Shown here piece by piece: positions 55,311-64,000 of a stretch of 64,000 nucleotides of DNA. The first letter of the stretch is position 1. Every line of letters begins with the position of its first letter. The position numbers were made by a program, and so were the translations under genes. Source of the stretch: a virus (Duplodnaviria > Caudoviricetes); the IMG/VR virus record IMGVR_UViG_2597489997_000001, positions 192,001 to 256,000 of that record, one strand, 5' to 3'. The notes beneath the pieces were generated by a model. That model was not told the DNA's origin. It saw only the letters and a list, made by a program, of their open reading frames with translations, and ran no database searches.

Positions 55311-56438
55311 ATGACTCTCTTACAACGCAATGGTACGTTCCAAGGTGTTGATTTAAATAACACTTTGCAGCAAGCTAACCGCTCCATGGGTGAGGCGGTA
55401 TCTGGTTTAGATAAACAGCTAGTTAACCCATTCAAATCTATTACCGATGGGATACAGTCCGGTGTTGCATTAGTTAGTGAAAAGGAATCACAATTACTAA
55501 GCAATATCTCCAGCTATAAATCAGCAGCCATCGATGGGATCAATAACTCACTGAAGAACCTAACAGGTGGGTTATTTAACATCGGGGACATTGGCTCGAT
55601 TATCACGTATCAGGATGGGTTTAAAGTAGACACTAACCAGTTACTTCGTTTAGGAAGTAAAGGGCTAGGCTTTAACATCAACTCAATGATGGACTTGAAA
55701 CAAGAGATAGGTGATGGGTTCTTAAAGGAACTGGACTCCATGACCTTTGGATTAGCCTCTTCTGTATTTCGTGCAGACGGCACCAAGATCTCTTTAGCCG
55801 ATGACTGGAAGTTTGGAGTAGGTAACTCCATCATTGACTTCTTAGGTAAAGATGACCCAGAAGGATTCGGTACAGTAGTCAACGTGGCTGCTATGAACTC
55901 TATCCTTAATACCATGATCAACCAAACCGTCACCACAGGTATGTGGCAGGGCTATGGTAACTATGGTAACATGTACATCTTCGAATCAGATTACCATGGC
56001 GCATTGATTGATTCATTATCTATCGCTATTGGACGTGGTGATGCTAAATCTATCCAGACCATTTTGGATATCATTGCAGAAGAAGGTGTATTAAAGGTTA
56101 ATGCCAAATACCCTGATTTGATTGAACAGATGCTGGGTAACTTCACGTTCGGTAATGATGTTACTGCCGATCAGTATCCAGAGCTTACAGCGCTGCTCCT
56201 GAAGGTCTGTGTTACAGTTGCTGGACCTAACTGGTACAAATACCCTACTCAGTTTGGTGATGCCTATAAACTGTCTCTGGTTGGCTTTATCTCTGAAGAT
56301 GCTAAGACGTTACTGAATGAAGAAGAACCTCTCATTCCTTTACTCTGTTCATCTGGTATCTTTGTTGAACAACGAGCACAGGACGTGTTCTTATCTGATT
56401 TCCCTAAAGCCGTCGTATTCGACAAAACAACAACATAA
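55311..56438 (+). CDS. Hypothetical protein, probable virion/baseplate component
   Basis: 375 aa; AGGA RBS; adjacent to the tail genes. Confidence 0.6.
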   Translation: MTLLQRNGTFQGVDLNNTLQQANRSMGEAVSGLDKQLVNPFKSITDGIQSGVALVSEKESQLLSNISSYKSAAIDGINNSLKNLTGGLFNIGDIGSIITYQDGFKVDTNQLLRLGSKGLGFNINSMMDLKQEIGDGFLKELDSMTFGLASSVFRADGTKISLADDWKFGVGNSIIDFLGKDDPEGFGTVVNVAAMNSILNTMINQTVTTGMWQGYGNYGNMYIFESDYHGALIDSLSIAIGRGDAKSIQTILDIIAEEGVLKVNAKYPDLIEQMLGNFTFGNDVTADQYPELTALLLKVCVTVAGPNWYKYPTQFGDAYKLSLVGFISEDAKTLLNEEEPLIPLLCSSGIFVEQRAQDVFLSDFPKAVVFDKTTT

Positions 56439-56444
56439 ACATAA

Positions 56445-56473
56445 CCCCTACCCCTCCGTAAGGAAGGGTAGGG
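56445..56473. terminator. Bidirectional terminator, identical to the one at 37811
   Basis: CCCCTACCCCTCCGTAAGGAAGGGTAGGG followed by a T-run, between convergent genes. Confidence 0.85.
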
Positions 56474-56494
56474 AGTATATGCTTTATTTTTTTT

Positions 56495-58696
56495 TTATCT
56501 GTTTAATGGACGACCAGTGAAGATACGAGAAATATCACCCACAATGGAGTCGTTCACCACACCTGCAACAGTGGCCGGGTTAAACATGTTCTGAACGTCG
56601 TTAGTGAAACGAGTTAAACGTTTGTTCAAGTCATTATAACGAAGTACTGTGTCCAGGTAGTCAACACCAGCAACACGGTTTACCCAATCGTTATATTTAC
56701 CGATGTCACCCAAGTAGCGAGAAGACTGCTTAGCAACGTTCAGTAAGTCAAGTGGGTTAGTCACACGTGCAATAGGAACAGACATTACTTTGTCCAGGTC
56801 AGCTACTGTTAAGTTAACACGGCAGTTACGTGGTTTCATATCAGTAGTCCAACCTAATGGACCGATACCGAATTCAATTGAACAGTTCTGCACAATACCA
56901 GTACGGATGATCGACTTACCACGTTGGAATACTTTCAGTAAGAAAGGTGACGTATAAGTAGAACCACCTGTTGAGAATGGCACCACGAATGGCATGATCA
57001 AACTCAATGGCAAGAACACGTTAGTTGCAATGGAATAAGGATGGGCGTACGGAGCTTCAAAATAGAAACTGAAGCTTTCACTATGTAAGTTGGTAGTAGA
57101 GTCAGACCAGTGTTCTGGAATGTCTACTTTGGAGTTACCTAACAAAGCAAGTGGAACGTTACCAATTACAGAACCTGCCGCTAAACCTGCTGCCGCATCT
57201 TTGATCTGGTTGACAAAGCCATCAATGATATCAATACCAGTAGCGCCGCCAGACATGTTAAACTTAAAGTCCTGTACCGCCTGGACCGTGTTGTTAAATG
57301 TCGCAGCAACCTGAGATTGAGTAGTGGATGATCCAAAGGAGTCAGATACAGAGCCAGTTCCTTCAGTACGGAACGTAACCCCATCTAAACCGCCATAGAA
57401 CCCGTCCATAAGCAGTTGTCCGACTTGACCGAACCAACTAGACTCATCGATGTCATTAACGTCAGAGAACGATCCTGGGAGTGTTCCTGACAGATCAGGA
57501 GATGCACCTGTGTTAGCGCCATCACTACTACCTGGGTTATTATTAACCCCGTAGGACTCCGCTCCGTATTTGGTTTGGAGATCTGTGATGGAAACACCTG
57601 GATTACCCGTAGCTTTAGCAGCGGATTCAGGTTTGATGTTAACACCGGCATCACGGCTAGTATATGCAGAGGCTACTTCAGGATAAGAGATTTCATCAAG
57701 ACCACGAGAAGCACCAACTGTTTTCAACTCTTCCATCAAGTAGTCGCGCGTATTCGTACCCGCAGCAAAACCACTGTTGGCGTTGACAAACCCAGAGTCC
57801 TTCATCAGACCAGTCAGTATGCCTTCGATCTCTCTATCTTTATCCTTAACTGTTTTAATGCCAGCACGATCATCCAAGTCCTTCACTTTCTTCATGAAGT
57901 AACGGAACTTACGAACACCACGAGTGGAGATCTTAAGAATGTCGATCGTACCATCTTTGTTAATCGCATCAGGGAAGAGACTGTGCATGTAAGAGATGTT
58001 ATCTTTAGCTGCACGAGAATCACTGACGTAACCTTTCTGCCCACCTGCACCGAAGTCACGGTCGCCCGCTTTGGTATTACCCTGGTCAGGACGTTCATAA
58101 GGAAGAACTGTCAATGCGTAACCCGCAGCAACCATCAGGTCGTTAAAGATACCCTGAGCTGCTGTGAAGTACATCCCCTGAGTTGGTTTACAATAATACC
58201 ATTTGTTCTTTGGTACCGTAGACAGGAACTCAAAGAAGTTAAAAGAGGTAGCCATGATCTGGGCTGGCCAAAACGCAATAGCACCTGCTGCCTGACCGAT
58301 ATAGAACGCCCAAGTCGGAGCACGACCTTTGTTAGCCATTACTGCTGCTGAATAATCGAACATGTTGAGGATAAACGTAATCATCCCCGTGAACTCAGCA
58401 ACGCCAGCTGTCAAGGTAACGCCTTGAGCATTATCATGGTGGATACGTTTATAGTATCGTCCCATATTACCCAACCGGTTTTCAATCATCGGTTTGGGGT
58501 AGGGGTCTGTGTTACGACCAAAGCCTGGTAATGGGTTTATAAACTTGCTGTCACCGATTGCAGTGGAAAAGAAACTCGTGTAGAGATCGTAGTCTGAACG
58601 AATCAGTACTTTCTCAGGATCACGCACACCATCGCTCATAATACGGAATGAACGGCTGATGATGTTCTCGTCCCTGTATGGAAGTTTTATACTCAT
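56495..58696 (-). CDS. Tail/baseplate structural protein (phiKZ gp182-like)
   Basis: 733 aa from ATG 58696, directly downstream of the giant tail lysin gene; MGRYY..HDN, IPEHWSDS and YTSPF motifs. Confidence 0.7.
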   Translation of the reverse strand: MSIKLPYRDENIISRSFRIMSDGVRDPEKVLIRSDYDLYTSFFSTAIGDSKFINPLPGFGRNTDPYPKPMIENRLGNMGRYYKRIHHDNAQGVTLTAGVAEFTGMITFILNMFDYSAAVMANKGRAPTWAFYIGQAAGAIAFWPAQIMATSFNFFEFLSTVPKNKWYYCKPTQGMYFTAAQGIFNDLMVAAGYALTVLPYERPDQGNTKAGDRDFGAGGQKGYVSDSRAAKDNISYMHSLFPDAINKDGTIDILKISTRGVRKFRYFMKKVKDLDDRAGIKTVKDKDREIEGILTGLMKDSGFVNANSGFAAGTNTRDYLMEELKTVGASRGLDEISYPEVASAYTSRDAGVNIKPESAAKATGNPGVSITDLQTKYGAESYGVNNNPGSSDGANTGASPDLSGTLPGSFSDVNDIDESSWFGQVGQLLMDGFYGGLDGVTFRTEGTGSVSDSFGSSTTQSQVAATFNNTVQAVQDFKFNMSGGATGIDIIDGFVNQIKDAAAGLAAGSVIGNVPLALLGNSKVDIPEHWSDSTTNLHSESFSFYFEAPYAHPYSIATNVFLPLSLIMPFVVPFSTGGSTYTSPFLLKVFQRGKSIIRTGIVQNCSIEFGIGPLGWTTDMKPRNCRVNLTVADLDKVMSVPIARVTNPLDLLNVAKQSSRYLGDIGKYNDWVNRVAGVDYLDTVLRYNDLNKRLTRFTNDVQNMFNPATVAGVVNDSIVGDISRIFTGRPLNR

Positions 58697-58715
58697 TGAT
58701 AACCTCAAAGAAGAA

Positions 58716-58731
58716 GGGGACCGAAGTCCCC
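58716..58731 (-). terminator. UUCG hairpin between the two tail genes
   Basis: Minus strand GGGGAC-TTCG-GTCCCC followed by TTCTTCTTT. Confidence 0.7.
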
Positions 58732-58738
58732 ACCTTTA

Positions 58739-61700
58739 TTACATATTAACCATTCCGCCCCCATTAACGGATTGCTCAAGCAGTCTAACGATCTGCGCGA
58801 GTTTAGCGTCACTGGACTGTGCAATGGTTGCAAGTGCTGCATCTCGACTAGCCTGAGCTTGGTCGTTAACCGCTGCCGGAGAAGGCTGTGGGCTAGATGC
58901 TGGTCTTTCTGTTTGTTTAACAGGAGTGACTTTAACAGGAGCAGCTGCCGCAGCACCAGAAGAAGAACTTGCACCCGTAGGTGGTTCTTTATCGGAACTA
59001 GGACTAGCGCTTGCACTACTTCCACTCGTTGGAGAGGAACCTGTTGAACTGGCTGCACTTGCTGAAGATGCATCGCTAGCCGGGTCTATTGTTGATGCAG
59101 AACCTGTTGGAGCTGGTCCGCCTACATTAGATGGTGCGTTGTTAGCATCTGTTTGGGCTATGAGGTCTTTAACTGCACCCGCCCCAGTTGGTTTAACGAT
59201 ATCCGCCGTAGTGTCTACGTGGTCTTTAGGGACGTTCTTATCTGGCTCAGCTGGAGTTTCAGTTTCAGGAGCTGCTGGTTGTTCTGCTGCTCCGCCACCA
59301 CCGATATCCATATCACCACTACGAAGTTTATTCAGGTATTCGTTATAGTACTTACGACGCTCGTCAGTTGCTGGAACTGCGTTACCACCGTTAATACCAC
59401 GAACCGCTGTATCGAAGTCACCTGTCTTAGCAATAGACAACATCGCTTTGTTGTTCTTGAGGAAGTTAACAGCAGACTGTGCCATTACGTTTGGATCCTC
59501 AGAAACAAGACGAGGGTTCTTAACAACGTCAATCCCTGTTTCCCGTTTAAACTTCTCGTAGTTAGCTTTACCTGTCAATTGGAACAATCCACGCCCACGA
59601 TATAACCAACCGTCTTCTGGTTTGGTGTTACCGAGAGAAGGACCCTTAGGAGCACGACCGTAAACATACATCGCACGTTCTGCTGGAGACATCGCTGCAA
59701 CTTTCTGTGCGGTAGCTTGGTCAGGAATGTTCTTGAAGTATTTAAGTAAGGTTGGGGCAGACCAGTTGGTATTTTCGACAGTCGCCTGATAACCGCCTGT
59801 TTCTTTCTTAGCCATAGCTAATGCAAGAGCCAGAACTTTGTTATCACGGAAACCTGCTTTCACTAAGTGATTCAGCATGAGCTGCTCACCTTGTTCCAGA
59901 CTCATCTTAATACCTTTGTCTTCTCCTGCCATCTTGATGAATTCAGGGTTGAAGTTCTCGTTAGCTGTACCTGTAAAGGCACCCGCTGAACCAGCACCAC
60001 CACCTGGAGCCGACATGGTTGCGTTTGGAGTATAACCACCGCTAGCACCACTTGCTCCACCGAACCCAGCAAAACCAGAATCATTACTGGTAGATGTTGC
60101 ACCAGTTTGACCCCCAGCGAAACCACCGCCGTAAACTTCAGCAAGTACTTTGTCAGTATCTGCTTTACGTTTGGCAGCTTGAGCACGTTGCTCTGGATCT
60201 TCGCCGTCTGCACCTTTACTCTTCTCAGCTTCCATCTCTGGATCTTTCAGTCTAGCTTCTTGCGCTTTGGCATCCAAGATTTTCAGATACTTATCAGCAC
60301 GGTCAGCCCACTTACCAGATTTAGAGTTAGGGAATGGAGAAGCTTCAATTTCCCATACAGTCATCTGCTTATCACCAACAGTCACAAGTTGTTCTGTTAG
60401 CTGACGAGCAATGATTGCTTTGTTGGTAGCAGTAAGTTGTTTCCACCCACGTTCAGGAACAACACCACGTGACTTCTTAATCTCCTTGAAGTAAGTCATC
60501 ATGACAGGCAGGAAACGATCCCTGAACCATGTCAGCCAGTTAGTGGCCGCGATATCGCTATCTATACGGAATGAAGGTTTGAACAGTTCGAGAACTTGAC
60601 CTGACTTACCAGTGAATCGAGCATCATCACCTATAACCATAATGAAGCTTTCGAGGTAACGTTCTAAACGCAACACAGCTTCAACACGCCAAGACATGTT
60701 ATCGATGTTACCGTATGCTGCTAAACGAGCCATTACAAACGGATCCATTTCCTGGTCTTTCCCAGCGATCATGTCTGACACATCAATGGTCTTGACTTCA
60801 GCAGGAGTTTGGAACTTCTTACCTAATGCATCCTGAGATGCACGTGCGGCAGCAGCACCAAGTGCGTCCTGAGCACCCATCTCAGCATTTGGGATATCCG
60901 TATTGGTTTTCCCACCTGCTTTGGTGGCAGCATCAGTCTGAACAGTCGTAGCGATTTTCTCAACGGACTCAATAGGGGAAGGAATCAACTCTCTTAACTG
61001 AGCTAACTTCTTGTCCACCATTTGTTTCGTTGAAGCATCGTCCATGGTTCCGGTACGACTATCAATGCGAACGTTGATGTTGTATGGATAAGGGTCGAGT
61101 GTAGCGATGGATTGCTGTACACGTTCGATGATCTGAATTACGTCATACGAGTTAGACTTGTCAAACTCAACAATGTCACCCATACGTGCAACGGAGATAG
61201 CTGCGGTGTAGATCAGATAGATTGGTTTAAAGCGAGCAACAAACCAAGTCTCGATAGCATCCTTATCTCTCCAGTTACCTGGGTCGGCATTCATGAACTG
61301 TGTGAGGAGTTCTTCGACCGGAGTGTCTTCTTTGAAGCTACCACGGTTATTACGAATGACAACATAAGGATAAATAAGTTTCTCAAGTAACATGACACGA
61401 CGCGCAAGGGAGTTATCAACACTAGGGAGACCGTACATGGCAAAACGTACTTCTTTTTGTTTTGTCATCTTGTTGTCTTTATCCGTAGCTGTCCCGTACC
61501 CGTCTTTGTTTCTAACTATCCCTTTAATCTCATCTTCATGAGCTTCCATTTCGTCACGTTTAAAGAAGAACTTATTATCAGAAGAATAGAAGAGACCATA
61601 GTTGTTCAGAGTGGAAACAGTTTCAGAGTTAGCCTGACTCATAAGAGCATCAACAACCATACCCTGAGGTAACCAATCGGTTAATGCTTCAACCGCTGCG

Positions 61701-64000
61701 TCACCACCTGTACGGTAGTGTCCGGTAACTGGATCACGTTCGCCAATGGAAACATCTGAACCGCGAGTTGCGGAAACCGGATCTTCTAAATCCGAGTCTT
61801 CATCATCGCTGAACATATCCAGGCCAACTGCACCAGCGCCCATCGCTAAGGAAGTCCCGATCAAACCACGACCGAATCCTCTACGACCACCACCTGCCCC
61901 ACGTCTACTACCCGCACCTTTCTTCTTCTTACGCTTACCAGACTGGCCACGCTGGTCAGGAGGACCCATACCGTCGCCACCCATTCCACCTAAACCACCG
62001 GCGGCACGTTTACCCAGGAAAGCAGCACCCAGTGCTTTGAACCCCCACTTGAGCAACTTATAGATAGGAGAAGTTAAACCAAGTACACCACTGAACAATG
62101 CAGACCCGATCTTACCAAGTCTTCCCATTGATGCAGCAAGTGAGCCACCAACCATACCAACGCCAGACATTAATAGTCCGCCGATAGTACCGAGTGGGTT
62201 CTTGATCAAGTTCATGGCGAAACCACCAAGTCCTTTGGCCATACCTAATAAGGTACCGAACAATCCTTTCTTCTCGCCCTTCTCTTCTTTGTCGCCTTTC
62301 AGGTCACCCATTGATTCAGAGATATTGATGATAGCTTGGTTAACCTTATGCTTCTCATCTTTCTCTTTCTTCTTAGCCTTCCAAGCCAAGGAGTTCAAAC
62401 GGAACCCTGCACCTGCTCCGCCACCCGCGTCATCATCACCAGTAGAACCGGTAGGATCAGATTCCATCGGGATGTCCATGTACTGAGACATCATGCGATA
62501 GATTTTATCTAAACGTTTTTCAACGCCAGACTGTCCACCGAAACCAGGCATCTTCAGACCCCGAGAAGATTTCTCAGTCTCGTCACCTGCGGCTCCAGGT
62601 GCTGCGCGATTGTATCCAACACGGCTGAGAGCCCAATCCAATCCAAGCTTACCCATTGCCGCTGCACCGCCAGCCATAGTACTAGCCATAGTGCCCAGAT
62701 TACGTACAGCAGTACCTGTAGAGGTGACCAGTCCGGAGTTATATTCATCCTCAGTAACCAGTTGGTTACCTTCGTCATCATAGACTGGACCATTGATTTC
62801 ATTCCAACCAGTTAACGGTTTGGTGTTACCATTCTCATCACGAGTGAAGTAACTTCCATCTTTAAAGCCAGCTGCTTTCAATAATGGTTTCTTCGGATTA
62901 GCCTTGGAGTAGATGTCCTGTTGGTACATCATGTCCTTGCTCATCTGAATAGTGTTCTTGATACGAGTAAATGGATCAAGGAAGTTGAATGCTTTCTGAC
63001 CACTTTCTCTTAAGAACCGTAAACCTTTGAGAGCAACTTCACGACCATCTGGACCGAAGATTTTACCTGCTAATTCTTTTGCCCCAATAGTGGTGCGCTC
63101 AGCAGTGTCATAGATAGGACCTTTAACTTCGTCCCAAGTCTGAATAACCTTCTTCGTTGATGCGTCGATGTAATGACCCATGTTCTTCTTAGCCGCTTTG
63201 AGGATTGGTTCCCCGGTAGCATCTAAGATATCCTCTTCCTCACCAGGACCATCGCCCATTGCAGAAGAGATTTGGTTACGACCTTTCCATTGAACGTAAG
63301 CCCCAGCCATTAATCCAATACCACCAATACTGGCAGCCATTAATGGGTTAGATGCAAAGGAAGCACCAAGTGAACCTAACAGACCACCAATGATCAGTGG
63401 GTTGTTTCTCATGAGAAGGTCTACACCTTTACCCATGACGTCACCAGGCATTACCTTGCGGAACTTCTGAACCAGTGAGTCTTTAGCTGCATCTTCCTGA
63501 CGTTGCTCAGTTTTGCTCTTAGGAGCACCACCAACCAACTGACCAGCTTTTGCTAAGTCCAGTAAATTACCGAACATGCCATTAAGCTCACCCATGCGAT
63601 CTAAGATCCCACGGTTACTTTCCTTTATATCAGTAATCTCACCAGAGTAGGTATCGAAGTTAGCTGATGTAGAAGAAGTAGGTTCACCTGGACGAATAGC
63701 GCCAATGGTCTCATTAAGTTTACTCAGAGTTTCATTCAACTCCGGATAAGGGTTTTGAGTTGGAGCTGGTTTACCAGTGCCAGTGTTAAGGTTGATGTCT
63801 GAACGGTTCTTGCCAGTGACATCAGAACCAGGAGGCATCCCACGTAAAGCTGGGTTATTCGGGTCATCCATATACTGAGCGAAACGATCATGGAATATCT
63901 GCATGTTAATGCGATCCATACCGTTCTCTGTATAAATGACACCCAGGTCACGAAGCATCTGTTCGTTACCAGTAGAACGAAGTAAGTCAATACGCTCAGC
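58739..64000 (-). CDS. Giant tail (tape-measure-like, phiKZ gp181-like) protein with a GH19 lysozyme domain; 5' end lies outside the window
   Basis: Frame open from 64000 (AERIDLLRSTGNEQMLRDL...). Gly-rich hydrophobic segments; GH19 motifs KETGG..EN, LGN..DGWLYRGRGLFQLTGKANY, INGG. Confidence 0.88.
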   Translation of the reverse strand, partial: AERIDLLRSTGNEQMLRDLGVIYTENGMDRINMQIFHDRFAQYMDDPNNPALRGMPPGSDVTGKNRSDINLNTGTGKPAPTQNPYPELNETLSKLNETIGAIRPGEPTSSTSANFDTYSGEITDIKESNRGILDRMGELNGMFGNLLDLAKAGQLVGGAPKSKTEQRQEDAAKDSLVQKFRKVMPGDVMGKGVDLLMRNNPLIIGGLLGSLGASFASNPLMAASIGGIGLMAGAYVQWKGRNQISSAMGDGPGEEEDILDATGEPILKAAKKNMGHYIDASTKKVIQTWDEVKGPIYDTAERTTIGAKELAGKIFGPDGREVALKGLRFLRESGQKAFNFLDPFTRIKNTIQMSKDMMYQQDIYSKANPKKPLLKAAGFKDGSYFTRDENGNTKPLTGWNEINGPVYDDEGNQLVTEDEYNSGLVTSTGTAVRNLGTMASTMAGGAAAMGKLGLDWALSRVGYNRAAPGAAGDETEKSSRGLKMPGFGGQSGVEKRLDKIYRMMSQYMDIPMESDPTGSTGDDDAGGGAGAGFRLNSLAWKAKKKEKDEKHKVNQAIINISESMGDLKGDKEEKGEKKGLFGTLLGMAKGLGGFAMNLIKNPLGTIGGLLMSGVGMVGGSLAASMGRLGKIGSALFSGVLGLTSPIYKLLKWGFKALGAAFLGKRAAGGLGGMGGDGMGPPDQRGQSGKRKKKKGAGSRRGAGGGRRGFGRGLIGTSLAMGAGAVGLDMFSDDEDSDLEDPVSATRGSDVSIGERDPVTGHYRTGGDAAVEALTDWLPQGMVVDALMSQANSETVSTLNNYGLFYSSDNKFFFKRDEMEAHEDEIKGIVRNKDGYGTATDKDNKMTKQKEVRFAMYGLPSVDNSLARRVMLLEKLIYPYVVIRNNRGSFKEDTPVEELLTQFMNADPGNWRDKDAIETWFVARFKPIYLIYTAAISVARMGDIVEFDKSNSYDVIQIIERVQQSIATLDPYPYNINVRIDSRTGTMDDASTKQMVDKKLAQLRELIPSPIESVEKIATTVQTDAATKAGGKTNTDIPNAEMGAQDALGAAAARASQDALGKKFQTPAEVKTIDVSDMIAGKDQEMDPFVMARLAAYGNIDNMSWRVEAVLRLERYLESFIMVIGDDARFTGKSGQVLELFKPSFRIDSDIAATNWLTWFRDRFLPVMMTYFKEIKKSRGVVPERGWKQLTATNKAIIARQLTEQLVTVGDKQMTVWEIEASPFPNSKSGKWADRADKYLKILDAKAQEARLKDPEMEAEKSKGADGEDPEQRAQAAKRKADTDKVLAEVYGGGFAGGQTGATSTSNDSGFAGFGGASGASGGYTPNATMSAPGGGAGSAGAFTGTANENFNPEFIKMAGEDKGIKMSLEQGEQLMLNHLVKAGFRDNKVLALALAMAKKETGGYQATVENTNWSAPTLLKYFKNIPDQATAQKVAAMSPAERAMYVYGRAPKGPSLGNTKPEDGWLYRGRGLFQLTGKANYEKFKRETGIDVVKNPRLVSEDPNVMAQSAVNFLKNNKAMLSIAKTGDFDTAVRGINGGNAVPATDERRKYYNEYLNKLRSGDMDIGGGGAAEQPAAPETETPAEPDKNVPKDHVDTTADIVKPTGAGAVKDLIAQTDANNAPSNVGGPAPTGSASTIDPASDASSASAASSTGSSPTSGSSASASPSSDKEPPTGASSSSGAAAAAPVKVTPVKQTERPASSPQPSPAAVNDQAQASRDAALATIAQSSDAKLAQIVRLLEQSVNGGGMVNM

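Noticed and set aside
46410-63990. Antisense or alternate-frame ORFs inside the helicase, 47784, tail and tape-measure genes (for example 48018-, 57575+, 58705-)
   Set aside because: Overlap well-supported genes and reflect codon bias or low-complexity sequence.
1-64000. CRISPR arrays, tRNA/rRNA genes, IS elements, homing endonucleases, reverse transcriptase
   Set aside because: None recognised by eye; the repeated hairpins are dispersed rather than regularly spaced. tRNAscan and Infernal were not run.

Overview
This window is best read as part of a phiKZ-related jumbo myophage genome (probably EL/OBP-like, with an enterobacterial host suggested by a very E. coli-like nrdB-yfaE pair). The standard genetic code is used. 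1-15.5 kb (minus strand): three large beta-rich virion/fibre-like genes, including a >3,100-aa ORF that starts at 9389, runs off the left edge and is missing from the ORF track. 15.6-17 kb: nrdB plus a YfaE ferredoxin. 17-40.5 kb (plus strand): early/accessory region with a repeated phage promoter motif (TTtcAgACanATATTAy-N4-gTGTAtA; six copies here and a seventh at 54.2 kb). It holds small membrane and secreted proteins, tandem paralogs, a phosphoesterase, ThyA, DHFR, Tdk, a HAD nucleotidase, GNATs, a ClpP-like protease and a GroEL-like chaperonin. 40.5-64 kb: conserved phiKZ-like core genes (virion proteins, RNase H-like protein, SF2 helicase, UvsX, virion RNAP beta C-terminal subunit, tail protein, and a giant tail/tape-measure-like protein with a GH19 lysozyme domain, truncated at the right edge). 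The main observation is a ~200-aa N-terminal domain shared by four dispersed genes: the giant repeat protein, a 711-aa protein, a stand-alone 200-aa protein, and a protein whose acidic tail lies in the -1 frame. This suggests a modular anchor-plus-payload virion appendage system. All assignments are from motif recognition by eye; no database searches were run.
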